Assembly (NCBI GenBank): GCA_026417735.1
Contig: JAOACR010000009.1
Span: forward strand, 423,255 to 487,254
Origin: Kiritimatiellia bacterium
Lineage (GTDB): Bacteria > Verrucomicrobiota > Kiritimatiellia > PWTM01
Reading direction: 5' to 3'
Length of the DNA stretch: 64,000 nt
The position numbers and the translations under genes are program-made. The notes under the pieces were generated by a model, which saw only the letters and a program-made list of their open reading frames with translations, was not told the origin of the DNA and made no database searches. Shown one piece after another: positions 36,935 to 46,967 of the stretch. Each line of letters opens with the position of its first letter. Positions within the stretch are counted from its first letter, which is position 1.

Positions 36935-38340
36935 CGACACAACCTCGAGGGAGCTCAAACCGACAGTGGGGGCTGCGAACCGGATTGGCGCTGCTGGGGA
37001 TCGGCACCGCCGCGATCGGGGCGCCACTCGATCTGGGGCTGAAGGTTCTCGACCTCTCCGCTGACGACACGCGTCAGACGGTGGTGGATCGCGAGGCAGG
37101 CCAGTACCTGGGGCACGTTTCGACCGTGCTGCTGGAGGACGGCCGAACGATCTTCGCGGTCTACCCGAAAGGCCATGGAAAAGGGGCGATCGTGCTGAAA
37201 CGCAGCACCGACGGCGGCCGCAGCTGGAGCGAGCGGCTGCCGGTGCCCGCCTCCTGGGCGACCAGTCTCGAAACGCCGACGATCCACCGCGTCGTGGACG
37301 CCGCCGGCCGCCGGCGGCTTATTCTGTGGTCCGGCCGTTATCCAGCACGGCTCGCACGCAGTGACGACGATGGCGTCACTTGGTCCGAACTGGAGCCGGT
37401 CGGCGACTGGGGTGGAACGGTGGTGATGGGTTCGGTCGTTGCGCTGCGGGATGCTGGCCACTACCTGGCGATGTTTCATGACGCCGGCGCGTATTTCACC
37501 GCAGGCGGCCGCGCAACCCAAACGTTTACGTTGTACCAGACCATCTCCACGAACGGGGGGCTGAGCTGGTCGGTGCCGACCTCGATCTGGAGTGGTGCGG
37601 AGGTGCATTTGTGCGAGCCGGGCGCGATCCGCTCGCCCGACGGTGGGCGGCTCGCGGTACTCTTGCGGGAAAACCGCCGCGTGCGTGGCAGCCACATCAT
37701 GTTTTCGGATGATGAAGGTGTGCGCTGGAGTGAGCCAGTCGAGATGCCGCGCTCACGCACGGGCGACCGCCACACGCTCCGATACGCACCGGACGGCCGG
37801 ATCGTGTGCGTGTTCCGCGCGGCGACCCCGGAGGGTATGCGCGGCCGGCCCTTCGGCGTCAACGAGGACGTGGACAAGGCCGGCCAGGGCAGTCCGTTCG
37901 AGGGCGACTGTGTGGCGTGGGTGGGGACGTGGGAGGACCTGGTCCGCGGCGCGCCCGGTCAGTACTACGTGCGGCTGCTCGACAATCGGAGGGGATGGGA
38001 CACCACTTATCCCGGTGTCGAGGTGCTGCCGGACGGCACGGTGGTCGTCACCACCTACGGCACCTGGGACAGCGGCCAGCCGCCCTACATCCGGTCCATG
38101 CGGTTCCGTCTCGACGAACTCGATGCGCTCGCTCGTCGAACTTCCGCCCGAGTCCCGGATAGCGAGCGCCGCGCCGTCGCTGCATTGTCCTCCATGCCCT
38201 CAGACGCCGGCCCGGATTCCGCCGCCTCGGGCATCGCGCGCTGGGCGTGCGCCGCTCCGGACGGCGGGCACGCTCGCGTTCCTGCCGCTGTCTGCGCATC
38301 GGCGAATCGCCAGCCGGCTGTCCGCCGCCACTGCCAATAA
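36931..38340 (+). CDS. Sialidase-like BNR/Asp-box beta-propeller protein
   Basis: Asp-boxes STDGGRSW, SDDDGVTW, STNGGLSW, SDDEGVRW; HLCEP; 'DTTYPG'. The last ~65 aa look like a read-through tail. Confidence 0.85.
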   Translation: MTTQPRGSSNRQWGLRTGLALLGIGTAAIGAPLDLGLKVLDLSADDTRQTVVDREAGQYLGHVSTVLLEDGRTIFAVYPKGHGKGAIVLKRSTDGGRSWSERLPVPASWATSLETPTIHRVVDAAGRRRLILWSGRYPARLARSDDDGVTWSELEPVGDWGGTVVMGSVVALRDAGHYLAMFHDAGAYFTAGGRATQTFTLYQTISTNGGLSWSVPTSIWSGAEVHLCEPGAIRSPDGGRLAVLLRENRRVRGSHIMFSDDEGVRWSEPVEMPRSRTGDRHTLRYAPDGRIVCVFRAATPEGMRGRPFGVNEDVDKAGQGSPFEGDCVAWVGTWEDLVRGAPGQYYVRLLDNRRGWDTTYPGVEVLPDGTVVVTTYGTWDSGQPPYIRSMRFRLDELDALARRTSARVPDSERRAVAALSSMPSDAGPDSAASGIARWACAAPDGGHARVPAAVCASANRQPAVRRHCQ

Positions 38341-38374
38341 CGCCCGGAAGGGAGGGGGCGGTGGGCTGCGCGCA

Positions 38375-38425
38375 TGCAACCCTTGGAAGCCCGGGAGCGG
38401 AACGCGTCCAAGAATTGGAAGCCCG
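38375..38425. repeat. Two tandem imperfect palindromic units T(G/C)CAA-N3-TTGGAAGCCCG
   Basis: TGCAACCCTTGGAAGCCCG (38375-38393) and TCCAAGAATTGGAAGCCCG (38407-38425), 32-nt period. Confidence 0.55.
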
Positions 38426-38553
38426 CCCGCTCGTTTTTGGGCATGGACGCCGTTGGTCGGCCCCCACCGGCATTGCGCAAGACAAGAGGTGAATGTCGCC
38501 CGCGAGGCTCGACTTCCGTGCCGACCGCTGCACGCTGGTCGCGCGGGTCGCGC

Positions 38554-39297
38554 TCAGCCGCGGGCTCCTCGCCGCATCAAGAGCGCCGTCAGCGCAAGCC
38601 TCGCGATGGTCAGCGCTGAAGGCTCCGGCATGAGCGTCGGGATGACGTCGTTGCTGTTGCAGTAAATCTAGAACTGGGCCGAGCCGACATTGAACGTGCT
38701 GACCGAGCTCAGCAGTCCGCTGAAGGTACCGGACAGCGTCGAGAGCCCGCTCGCAATCTGGAACGTGTCGCCCAGGCTCAGCGTGAAGCCAAGGATGACT
38801 GACAGCGTCGGATTCGACAGCGTCAGCGTTGAGCCGGTTCCGATCAGCAACGGGCCGTACAGCGTCCCCGGCGGCGTCCCGTTCAGCTCACCTCGAAGAT
38901 CGCGCCGCTCTGCAGCGTCACGCTCGCGTTCGCAGTCACCTGACCGGCGCTGGCACCCGGCGCCCGCGTCCCGCCCGAGAGCACGTTGATCGTGCCGGTG
39001 ACTGACCCGTTGTCCTCGAGGCGCCCGCCCGCCACCGTGATCAGGCCCGTGCAGGTGTGCGCACCCTGGATCCGGAGCATGCCGTTCGAAATGGTGGTCG
39101 GCCCCACATCGGTGGTGGTGCCGCCCAGCACGACCACTCCGGCGCCCAAGTTCCTTCGTTCGAGGCTCGGGGCTGCCCACGACGCCTCCGAAGTCGCGCA
39201 GATCGCTGCTGTTCACGACCAACCGCGAAACGTTTCTCGAACCGCTGACAATCCGATCAATCCGGTTCGCGAGGAGATCGGTCGACTCAATGGCCAC
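38554..39297 (-). pseudogene. Decayed autotransporter-repeat / PEP-CTERM surface protein
   Basis: LGAGVVVLGG...GPTTISNGMLR...GGTRAPGASAG; frameshift near 38890; ELNGT...FNVGSAQF*IYCNSNDVIPTLMPEPSALTIARLALTALLMRRG. Confidence 0.8.
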
Positions 39298-39466
39298 CCG
39301 ATGCTGGAGGCACTCGAGGCAGCGCCGTTCTCGGATACCCCCCGATCAGAGCCGGTTGCCGGTTCTGCTGCTCGATCGGTGGGTGGTCATCGTCGCATGA
39401 TTTGCAATGTCGTGCGATCGCCGGATCCCCGCCGACGTTGCTCAAACGCGGTGCGCGAACGACGGG

Positions 39467-40315
39467 TCAGGCACGGGACCACGCGCGCCGAACGAACGGG
39501 AGGCCACGACGGAGGATTTCGCCAGGTTCCCCGAAGAGATCCCGCCAAACCCGCGTTGCGGCGGCCAGCTGGGGCAGTGCGCGACTGAACGCTTCGATCA
39601 CCAACCAACCGTCGTAGCCCGCGCTCTTGAGTGCACGGAACACTCCGATCCAATCCACGTGATCGTCGCCCGGCACTCCGCGGTCGTTCGCGCTGCAGTG
39701 AACATGCACAATCGCGCGGCCGTAGCGACGCACCGCGCCGGCGGGGTTCTTCTCCTCGATGTTCGCGTGGAACGTGTCGAAGTGAATGCCGACGGCCGGA
39801 TGCCCCACCAGCCGCACAAAGGCGGCCGCACCGGCGAGCGTATTGAGCAGGTGACACTCAAACCGGTTGAGCGGTTCGACCGCCAGCACCACCCCTGCGG
39901 CATGTGCATCCTCGGCCGCGCATCGCAGCACGTCCGACGCGCGACGGAGTTCCGCAGCCGTAGGCGCGCGGCCGCTGAAACAGCCGAGCGTCTGGTACAT
40001 GGGACCGCAGAGCACGCTGGCGCCGAGCGCGTGGGCGCACTCGATCCAACTGCGCAGCGCGTCAAGCGCGGCGCGGCGCCGGCGAACGTCCGCATCGGCG
40101 GGATTGGCATCGGGCGAGGTGAACGCTGTCGAGGTGGTGCATTCCAGCCCCTCCTCCTTCAGCAGCCGGCCGAACGCAGCCCAGTCGCCCGCTCGGCCGC
40201 CCATCACCGGCACCTCGACGCCGTCGGCGCCGGCCCGCCGCGCCGCGCGCAGCAGCTTGCGGTGCGCCGGGCCGGGCCGCGCCGTCCATGCGAGCAGATT
40301 CACACCCAATTTCAT
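39467..40315 (-). CDS. Sugar phosphate isomerase/epimerase (D-tagatose/psicose 3-epimerase family)
   Basis: GVEVP, EPLNRFE, DTFHANIEE, HVH..ANDRGVPG, IEAF. Confidence 0.92.
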   Translation of the reverse strand: MKLGVNLLAWTARPGPAHRKLLRAARRAGADGVEVPVMGGRAGDWAAFGRLLKEEGLECTTSTAFTSPDANPADADVRRRRAALDALRSWIECAHALGASVLCGPMYQTLGCFSGRAPTAAELRRASDVLRCAAEDAHAAGVVLAVEPLNRFECHLLNTLAGAAAFVRLVGHPAVGIHFDTFHANIEEKNPAGAVRRYGRAIVHVHCSANDRGVPGDDHVDWIGVFRALKSAGYDGWLVIEAFSRALPQLAAATRVWRDLFGEPGEILRRGLPFVRRAWSRA

Positions 40316-40337
40316 CGGGTTCTCCGCAGCACCGCGG

Positions 40338-41207
40338 TTATGTTTCCTCAGGGATGTGAAGGTCGACGAGTGTTCGGCGCAGCCACTCCAGCGAACGTTC
40401 CAGCAGCGGCCCGCCCTGACCCTCGCACTCGATGCTCAGCACGCCGGTGTAGCCGTGATCGCGCAGCAGTTCGAGACACCGTCGGATGTTACCGGCGTTC
40501 ACGCCCTCGCCGAGCGCGCAGTGGCTGACCGCAATGCCGGTCTGCTGCCCCCGTGTCGCGGCGGCGAGCGATTCGGAGACATCTTTCACGTGCACATGGC
40601 GGACGCGGCCGATGAACCGGCGGAGAAACTCCACCGGATCTTGGCCGGCGATGAACGTGTTGCCGGTGTCCATGTTCATGCGCAGACAGGGGCTGGACGA
40701 GAACGCGAGCATCCGCTCCATGTAGTGCGGCTTCGTGGTGAAGTAGCCGTGAGGCTCGATGTTCACCGTGATGCCGTGCGCCTCCGCGACCTCGAGAATC
40801 TGCTCGTATTCGCCGCGCATTAGCGCGAGCGCCGCCTCGTCGTCCAGACCCGCCGGGGCGTGGAGGCCATCGGTGGTGTCCACGCAGGGGCAGCCGATCT
40901 GGTGTGCCCAGGCGATCGCCTTCATCACGTACGGCACGCCGCGCAGCGGACCGTCGCGTCCGGAAAGCGGGAACGCGGCGTCGACCTGCGAAAAGCGCAC
41001 GCCATAGCGGTCCATCGTGCGGCGCAGCAGCAGCGGGTCCTCGTACAGCGCGACGTGGGGCTGGTAGCCGAGGCCGTGGATCCAGCTGACGCCGTCGATC
41101 AGCCCGCACTCGATCCAGTGTACGTCGTGGTCGCGTGCCCAGCCAAGACACGCCTCAAAGCTTTTGTAGCTCGAGTTGAACGCATCGGTGTGGAATCCAA
41201 CCTTCAT
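40338..41207 (-). CDS. Sugar phosphate isomerase/epimerase (xylose-isomerase-like TIM barrel)
   Basis: ATG 41207 with RBS GGAGG; NIEPHG, MDTGN, HVHVKD, LSIECE. Confidence 0.9.
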   Translation of the reverse strand: MKVGFHTDAFNSSYKSFEACLGWARDHDVHWIECGLIDGVSWIHGLGYQPHVALYEDPLLLRRTMDRYGVRFSQVDAAFPLSGRDGPLRGVPYVMKAIAWAHQIGCPCVDTTDGLHAPAGLDDEAALALMRGEYEQILEVAEAHGITVNIEPHGYFTTKPHYMERMLAFSSSPCLRMNMDTGNTFIAGQDPVEFLRRFIGRVRHVHVKDVSESLAAATRGQQTGIAVSHCALGEGVNAGNIRRCLELLRDHGYTGVLSIECEGQGGPLLERSLEWLRRTLVDLHIPEET

Positions 41208-41555
41208 GGTTCTGTTCCTCCGGGGCACGCCCCACAGCGGGCGGCGGGTTGCTGTGCGGTGATGTCCTCGTTCCGTTTCGCCTGCGAATCGGCAACTTCC
41301 AAGGAGCTGTGGTCGCGACCCGACTGAAATCCGGCCCGCCAGGCATCGCCGACCGAGCGGGAACCTCGAGCGCAACGGGTGTCACGGCGGCGGGAGTCCC
41401 CGGTCCATCGCCGCCGCAATCTCTTCTCATCTTTTTCTCATCTCCGTCCCTTGCCTCAACCCCCTGTCGGCAACAGGTGGCCGAGAACATTTGGAGAGCG
41501 CGTCCGCCGCAACACCGCGACGCCTCTGCGGGTACAACATTTCGCGCTTCCTCGC

Positions 41556-44500
41556 TCATCGTGGCTCCGCGCCGACCGGCGTCCGGAGTGTCGCGGCGAT
41601 CGCCTCGGCGGCCCGGCCGTCCAAACCCGCGCCGACCACCAGTCGCGCGCGCGCGGTGGCCGTGGAACCGGCTGGAAGGTCGTTGCCGAAGAGCGAGAGG
41701 TACAGTGAGCGGTGCGGCTCGGCGCCGTGCGGCATCAGCACCGCGAAGCAGTCCGATGCCCGCGCAGCCAGAACGGCGGTCAGTCCGCTCTCCTCGTCGT
41801 GCCGCATTGCGAGTGGTGCGGCATACGGCGGGCGGACTGTCCACTCCACCGGATGGGGTGGCCGCTGCCACCGACCGTCCCGCAACAGTGAAATGGCGTG
41901 TTCGTCTCGCGGGAATGCTTGCCAGATGCCATCGTGCTGTTCCGCTCGCAGCCACGCGGCACCGGCGTGTGGTCGCGCCCAGGCTTTCGCATCCGCGAAC
42001 CCAACGAAGTACGACGCGCAAAACACCTCAAACGCGCGAAGCGGGCGGAGCGGTTTCACGCTGACCTCGAGGTCCACTGTGTTCGCCGATGCCCACCGCC
42101 AGCGCGCGCGCAGTTCGAAGGGGTCGGTGGAGGTGGCGGGCCACTCGACCTCGGCGGTCCCATCCGCGAGCGCGCGCGCGACAGCGTCGGTGCGGCTCCA
42201 CCCATCAGTGTAGCGATGTTCCGCATCCAGCAGGCGATAGAGGGAGAGCACGCCCTGAGGCTGCGCGATCGAGCGGCCGTCGCCCGCGCGTGACAGGGGG
42301 GCCAGGCCGATCGGGCGGCCGCGGTCGCAAAGCCGGCCTCGGAGCTCGCCTGTGTGGAACGCGAACCCGGCGCCGTCCGCGCGGAACTCGCCCGGCGGCA
42401 AGCCGGCCGCCCACACAGTTCCTCGGCGGTAGAGCGCTGCGACCCCGGCCGGCTCGAGCGCGCGCAGGTCGTGCCCGAGCGCACAGTGGAACACCCGCCC
42501 GCGACCGAACGGGCGGACAAAGACCAACGGATAGGGCCGGCCATCCACTTGGGACACTGCGTCGGCGAGCACGCGAATGGACGCATCGCCGTCGAGGCAG
42601 GTGTAGAGCTCGTCGTCGGTTTCAAAGTCCGCCAGTCCCAGCGTGACCGGATGGGCGGGGTCGGCGATCCGCACGGTGAACGGACCGCGGGGATCGTGCC
42701 CGCGACGCCGGGGGTTCCAACTGCGTCCGGCCAACTCGGTGTACCGCGGAAGGACCGAATTCGAGCTGCGGTCGAAAAACGCGCCGCTCGCGAAGTGCGC
42801 AACGACAAGACCGCAGCCGTTCGATACGGCCCGGCGGAGCCGCTCCAGCGCGTCGGCGGAGGGGGCGGAGCGAGCGTTCTGAAAGTGCAACACGATGACC
42901 TGGAACGGCTCGATGGCGGGGGTGGCGAGCACTGCGGGATCTTCCGCGACGCTGATCTCCAGCCGCGGGTCCGCGGCGAGCGCGGCGACCAGTCGCGGCG
43001 TGGTGTCCGGCCACCGGTGCGCGGCGATGTCCTCGCCGGTGACGATCAGCACGCGGCAGGTTGCGCCGGTGTTCGCGCGGATGTCGATCCGGAATGACGC
43101 CGGTGCGGCCGCGGTGGAAACGACCACGGACGGAACAACCCAGACCTCGCCCACGACGGCGTTTGGGCCCGCCTCGCGCCGCACGCGGAGCGTGATCCTG
43201 CCACCCGGCCCGATCCGCGCAGGCGGCACCGGCAGCCGCAGGATTGCGGCCGGCTGTTCGGCTCTTTGCCATTGGGGCAGCCGGGTGCGAGATACTGCCG
43301 GCTCGCCGTCGAACCACACCGACTGTTCCCGCCCCCCCGCGTCATAGTCCCACCACGAAAGACCAACATCGTAGCGGCCGGTCAGGGAGAGACCGCTGAT
43401 TTCGATCTCGACCTGCTGCGAATCGAACACAACGGTGGCCGGCGGAGCGTCCGTCCATCGCCAGGGTGCGCCGCGACGCACAGCGATGGACACGCCGTCC
43501 ACGCCAGAAGCGGTGGGGAACAGACCGCAATCGAGGTAGGCGATCGGGTCGCCCAGGAGTGTGAGGCGGGGGGCCAGACGGTTCAGCGCATCTATAGCAA
43601 GCTGTCGTTGGGCGGGGTCGGCTGCGGCGCGAAGGCGCAGCAGCAGCGGCACCGCGTCGGGCTCGCGCCACTGAGCGAGCGCCCGCGCGGCCACGTCGGC
43701 GAGCCGCGAGTCAGGTGGCTCGAGGTAGCGACGAAGGAGCTCGAGCGCGGAGGCGCCGCCGATTGCGGGCAGAATCCGCAGTGCGGCGGCGCGGGCACTA
43801 GTCGGCGCATCCGCGTCACGAAGCAGTTCGGCGAGCGGCGCGAGCGTTCGAATCGGATCGGCGAGCCGCTGCGCGAGCTGTTTCAGCGCGTCTTCAAGTT
43901 CAGGTGAAGGTCGGTCGCGCAGGTGCTGGGCCAGCCCGTCGTACGCGTCGGCGTTTCCATGGCGGGCCACGGTCTTGAGAGCGGCCTGGCGCACAGCGGC
44001 ATCCGGGTCGTCGGCCAGTTTCAGCAGCGTCGGCGTCAGCTCGGCGGCGCCACGTGCGGCGAGCGCCTGCACGCACGTGACGCGCGTGGTGCGGTCGTTG
44101 GAGGACAACGCGCGAACAAGCGCGGCGTCGGCCGCCGGATCAGGTATCGCCGCGAGCGCTTGCACCGCGCCGAGGCGGGCGAGCGCCGGGACGTCGTCGG
44201 CAGTGCCGATGGCCCCGAGCGCGGCGATCGCGGCGTCCCGGAGCCGGGGCTCCGCCGCTTCCAGCCGGGCGAGTGCCGCGTTACGCGCTTCCACCACGCG
44301 GTGTTCCGCAACCGCCTCCAACGCCAGCACCTGCCGCGATGCCGCCAGCGAGTCGATCCGTGCGACCAGCCGCGCGCCGTCCAGCCGGGCGAGCCATTGA
44401 ATCGCCGCCGCCGCGACCTGCTCATCGGGGTCGTCGAGCGAGGATTCGCAGGCGCGAAGCGCAGTGGCGGGGTGGTCGTGGACCAGCTGCGAGAGCGCCG

Positions 44501-44969
44501 CGAGCCGCTGCGCGGGGGAGCCGGAGGCGCGAGCCGCTTCGAGCGCCTCCGGCGCCGTCGGCGGTGCAACGGGCCACCGGCCGCCGAGCGCGATTTGCGC
44601 CACCTCCGCGAACGAAGGGTCCCTGAGCATCGTGGTCAGAGCAGACCGTTCCGGCACTCCGGCCACGCAGGCGAGATGCTGTGCGAGCGTGGTGCGCCCC
44701 AGCGGCGTCGTGTCCGGCGCGCGGAGCGCATTGAGCAGCAACCCGGCCAGCTCGCGGCCGCGGTCCGACTCCGCCGGCCAGCGGGGAATCCAGCGTTCCA
44801 GCAGCGCAAACGAGGCGCGGGGAGCAAAGTTCGTACTCTGGCGCACCGCCTCGATGGCCGCGGACAGATCCGCGAGGGTCGGTTGGGGCGGCACCTCCGA
44901 CGCGACCCGTTCGGCACCGACCAGCGCCGCGGCGAGGGCCACGGCAAGGGAGGCCATGGAAAGTTTCAT
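41556..44969 (-). CDS. Secreted multidomain protein: HEAT repeats + beta-sandwich + ThuA-like domain + C-terminal beta domain
   Basis: Signal peptide MKLSMASLAVAL; HEAT-like repeats; ThuA motifs (LIVTG..AHRW, HPVTLGL..F...DELY, GRGRVFHCALGH). Confidence 0.82.
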   Translation of the reverse strand: MKLSMASLAVALAAALVGAERVASEVPPQPTLADLSAAIEAVRQSTNFAPRASFALLERWIPRWPAESDRGRELAGLLLNALRAPDTTPLGRTTLAQHLACVAGVPERSALTTMLRDPSFAEVAQIALGGRWPVAPPTAPEALEAARASGSPAQRLAALSQLVHDHPATALRACESSLDDPDEQVAAAAIQWLARLDGARLVARIDSLAASRQVLALEAVAEHRVVEARNAALARLEAAEPRLRDAAIAALGAIGTADDVPALARLGAVQALAAIPDPAADAALVRALSSNDRTTRVTCVQALAARGAAELTPTLLKLADDPDAAVRQAALKTVARHGNADAYDGLAQHLRDRPSPELEDALKQLAQRLADPIRTLAPLAELLRDADAPTSARAAALRILPAIGGASALELLRRYLEPPDSRLADVAARALAQWREPDAVPLLLRLRAAADPAQRQLAIDALNRLAPRLTLLGDPIAYLDCGLFPTASGVDGVSIAVRRGAPWRWTDAPPATVVFDSQQVEIEISGLSLTGRYDVGLSWWDYDAGGREQSVWFDGEPAVSRTRLPQWQRAEQPAAILRLPVPPARIGPGGRITLRVRREAGPNAVVGEVWVVPSVVVSTAAAPASFRIDIRANTGATCRVLIVTGEDIAAHRWPDTTPRLVAALAADPRLEISVAEDPAVLATPAIEPFQVIVLHFQNARSAPSADALERLRRAVSNGCGLVVAHFASGAFFDRSSNSVLPRYTELAGRSWNPRRRGHDPRGPFTVRIADPAHPVTLGLADFETDDELYTCLDGDASIRVLADAVSQVDGRPYPLVFVRPFGRGRVFHCALGHDLRALEPAGVAALYRRGTVWAAGLPPGEFRADGAGFAFHTGELRGRLCDRGRPIGLAPLSRAGDGRSIAQPQGVLSLYRLLDAEHRYTDGWSRTDAVARALADGTAEVEWPATSTDPFELRARWRWASANTVDLEVSVKPLRPLRAFEVFCASYFVGFADAKAWARPHAGAAWLRAEQHDGIWQAFPRDEHAISLLRDGRWQRPPHPVEWTVRPPYAAPLAMRHDEESGLTAVLAARASDCFAVLMPHGAEPHRSLYLSLFGNDLPAGSTATARARLVVGAGLDGRAAEAIAATLRTPVGAEPR

Positions 44970-44985
44970 CGGAGATGCCCCGGTT

Positions 44986-46299
44986 CTAGCCCAGCGTCCA
45001 CGGCGCACGCGGTGCGCGGGCGAGGTGACGATCGGCGGAGGGATCGCCGACAAATCGTTCGGTGTTCCAGTCCCATGTCAGCCGCCGACCGCAGCGTGCG
45101 GCGATGTCGCAGACCAGCGAGAGGGTGGTCGCCGCCTGGCAGGCCTCCGCCGGCGCAACCGGTTCGCGCCGCGTACGGATGCACTGGAGAAAGTCGCCGA
45201 TGTGGTGGGTCGAGACACGCAGCCGGGTCTGGTCCGGCCGGATCACCGTTTCGAGCAGCGCGGCGGGCTCTGCGCGGATTGCGCCGCGCACGACGTGCAC
45301 CCAGCCGCGGTCGCCCTCAAACCGCACACCGTGGCCGTAGGGGGAACGGCTGTCATCATAGAAGCGCAGTCGAAGGCCGTCAGCGGCAGTGACGGTGATG
45401 TCCCAACCGAATGGCACGTCGGGATCGCCCTCTTCGAGGAACACCGCGGTGCCCTCGACCGCGATGCGGTCGCGGCCGAGGGAGGGCGCGCCCCAGAGAG
45501 CGATGTCGAGATGGTGCACGCCCCAGCTTTGCATCCAGCCGGCGCAGTAATCGGAGAAGAAGTACCAGTAGTAGCTGCAGATCCCTTGACGGTGAGGCTT
45601 CATGGGGGCCGGCCCGAGCCAGAGGTCGTAGTCCAGCGTGGGGGGCGGTGGCGCAACGGGCAGATGCAGCGCGCGGACACCCTCCCGGAGGCGCAGGTGG
45701 CCGCCTGGCACTGCGACGGTGACGGTGTGCAGTCGCCCGAGGTGTCCGTTCAACGCCAGCTCGCACGCAAACCGAAACCGGGGATCGGAGCGCTGCTGCA
45801 TGCCGGACTGCAGCACGCGGCCGGTTTCGCGCACGGTGGTACAGATCGCGCGGCCCTCGGCGACCGTGCGCGCGAGCGCCTTTTCGCAGTAGACATCGCG
45901 GCCCGCCCGCATTGCGGCGATCGCGATGAACGCATGCCAGTGTTCCGGTGCCGCGATCGCGACGGCATCCACGTCCGGGTGGCCGATGAGCTCGCGGAAG
46001 TCCTGGGTCACCGCGCAGTCCGCCTCCACGCGGCGCTGGACGGTGGCCCAGTCCCGGAGCGAGCGGGCTTTCTGGATATCCACGTCGCAGATCGCCGCGA
46101 TGCGCGTCTCCGGGAAGCCACCGAACTCCTGCACGTGGCCGCGGCCACGTTCGCCGGCACCGATCACCGCGATGCCGATGCGTTCGCTCGGAGCGACCGC
46201 GCCGCCGCGGCCCAGCACGCGACAGGGCACGATCGAGGGCGCGGCGAGCGCACCGAGCGCTCGCAACGCAGCGCGGCGGGACCAAACGGGCGAGGTCAT
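44986..46299 (-). CDS. Gfo/Idh/MocA oxidoreductase, Tat-exported
   Basis: SRRAAL Tat-like motif, IGAGERG, PEHWH, YCEKAL, QQRS, WGVHHLD. Confidence 0.93.
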   Translation of the reverse strand: MTSPVWSRRAALRALGALAAPSIVPCRVLGRGGAVAPSERIGIAVIGAGERGRGHVQEFGGFPETRIAAICDVDIQKARSLRDWATVQRRVEADCAVTQDFRELIGHPDVDAVAIAAPEHWHAFIAIAAMRAGRDVYCEKALARTVAEGRAICTTVRETGRVLQSGMQQRSDPRFRFACELALNGHLGRLHTVTVAVPGGHLRLREGVRALHLPVAPPPPTLDYDLWLGPAPMKPHRQGICSYYWYFFSDYCAGWMQSWGVHHLDIALWGAPSLGRDRIAVEGTAVFLEEGDPDVPFGWDITVTAADGLRLRFYDDSRSPYGHGVRFEGDRGWVHVVRGAIRAEPAALLETVIRPDQTRLRVSTHHIGDFLQCIRTRREPVAPAEACQAATTLSLVCDIAARCGRRLTWDWNTERFVGDPSADRHLARAPRAPWTLG

Positions 46300-46931
46300 G
46301 TCGGGGGTCTCTCCTCAGTAGGGCGCGCAAAGATGCCGTAGAGCGCGTCCACGGTGGCGGCCTGCTCGGAGGGTTCCGCGACGGCCGGTTCGAATCCCGC
46401 GCGCACTTTGAGCCCTTCCATTGCTTCCAGCATCAGGTCCACCTGCCGGCGCGCATCGCCGGGGGGCAGTTCCCCGGCCGCCTGCGCGGCGCGGACCAGC
46501 CCGATGTAGAATTCGCGGACCGACGCGTAAAACTGCGCCCAGCTCGACCGGATGGCCGCGTCGTGCTGCATGCGCATGAAGATGCCGGTGGTGAAGCGGC
46601 GGTTGCGATGGTCGGCGACACAGGAGGCGACGCTGAACACCAGCGCGCGGCGGAGTCGCTCCGCGGGCGTGCGGGCGGTCGCAATCGCCGTGTGAATGCC
46701 GGCCTCCCAGCACCGGTAATAGTGCCGGCAGGCGGCGAGCATCAGATCGAGCTTGTTTTCGAAGTGACAGTAGAGGCTGCCCTTCGTGACGCCCGCCGCG
46801 GCGGCAACCTCGTCGAGAGTCGCGCCGTCGAATCCGCGTTCTGCGAAGAGGAGGAAGGCGGCCTCCGCCAAGCGCTGCGGCCGGCCCGCCGACCGGCGGG
46901 ACGGTGCGCGCGGGCTGAGCGCCGCTCTCAT
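46296..46931 (-). CDS. TetR/AcrR family regulator
   Basis: HTH: LFAERGFDGATLDEVAAAAGVTKGSLYCHFENK. Confidence 0.93.
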   Translation of the reverse strand: MRAALSPRAPSRRSAGRPQRLAEAAFLLFAERGFDGATLDEVAAAAGVTKGSLYCHFENKLDLMLAACRHYYRCWEAGIHTAIATARTPAERLRRALVFSVASCVADHRNRRFTTGIFMRMQHDAAIRSSWAQFYASVREFYIGLVRAAQAAGELPPGDARRQVDLMLEAMEGLKVRAGFEPAVAEPSEQAATVDALYGIFARPTEERPPT

Positions 46932-46938
46932 GGCTGTC

Positions 46939-46967
46939 ATCATACCTATGAGTACTGTGTTGGTCAA
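46939..46967 (-). promoter_or_regulatory. Near-consensus sigma70 promoter of the tetR operon
   Basis: TTGACC-N17-TATGAT, ending 7 nt before the ATG at 46931. Confidence 0.8.

Noticed and set aside
31033..38670. Amber recoding or suppression suggested by three in-frame TAGs (Lrp, NYN and PEP-CTERM relics)
   Set aside because: The expected residues differ (Tyr, Tyr, Gln), two of the three genes also have frameshifts, TAG is a normal stop for tkt, and no pyl genes or suppressor tRNA are present.
42426..42433. ops-like GGCGGTAG
   Set aside because: It is antisense within a coding region, not in an operon leader.
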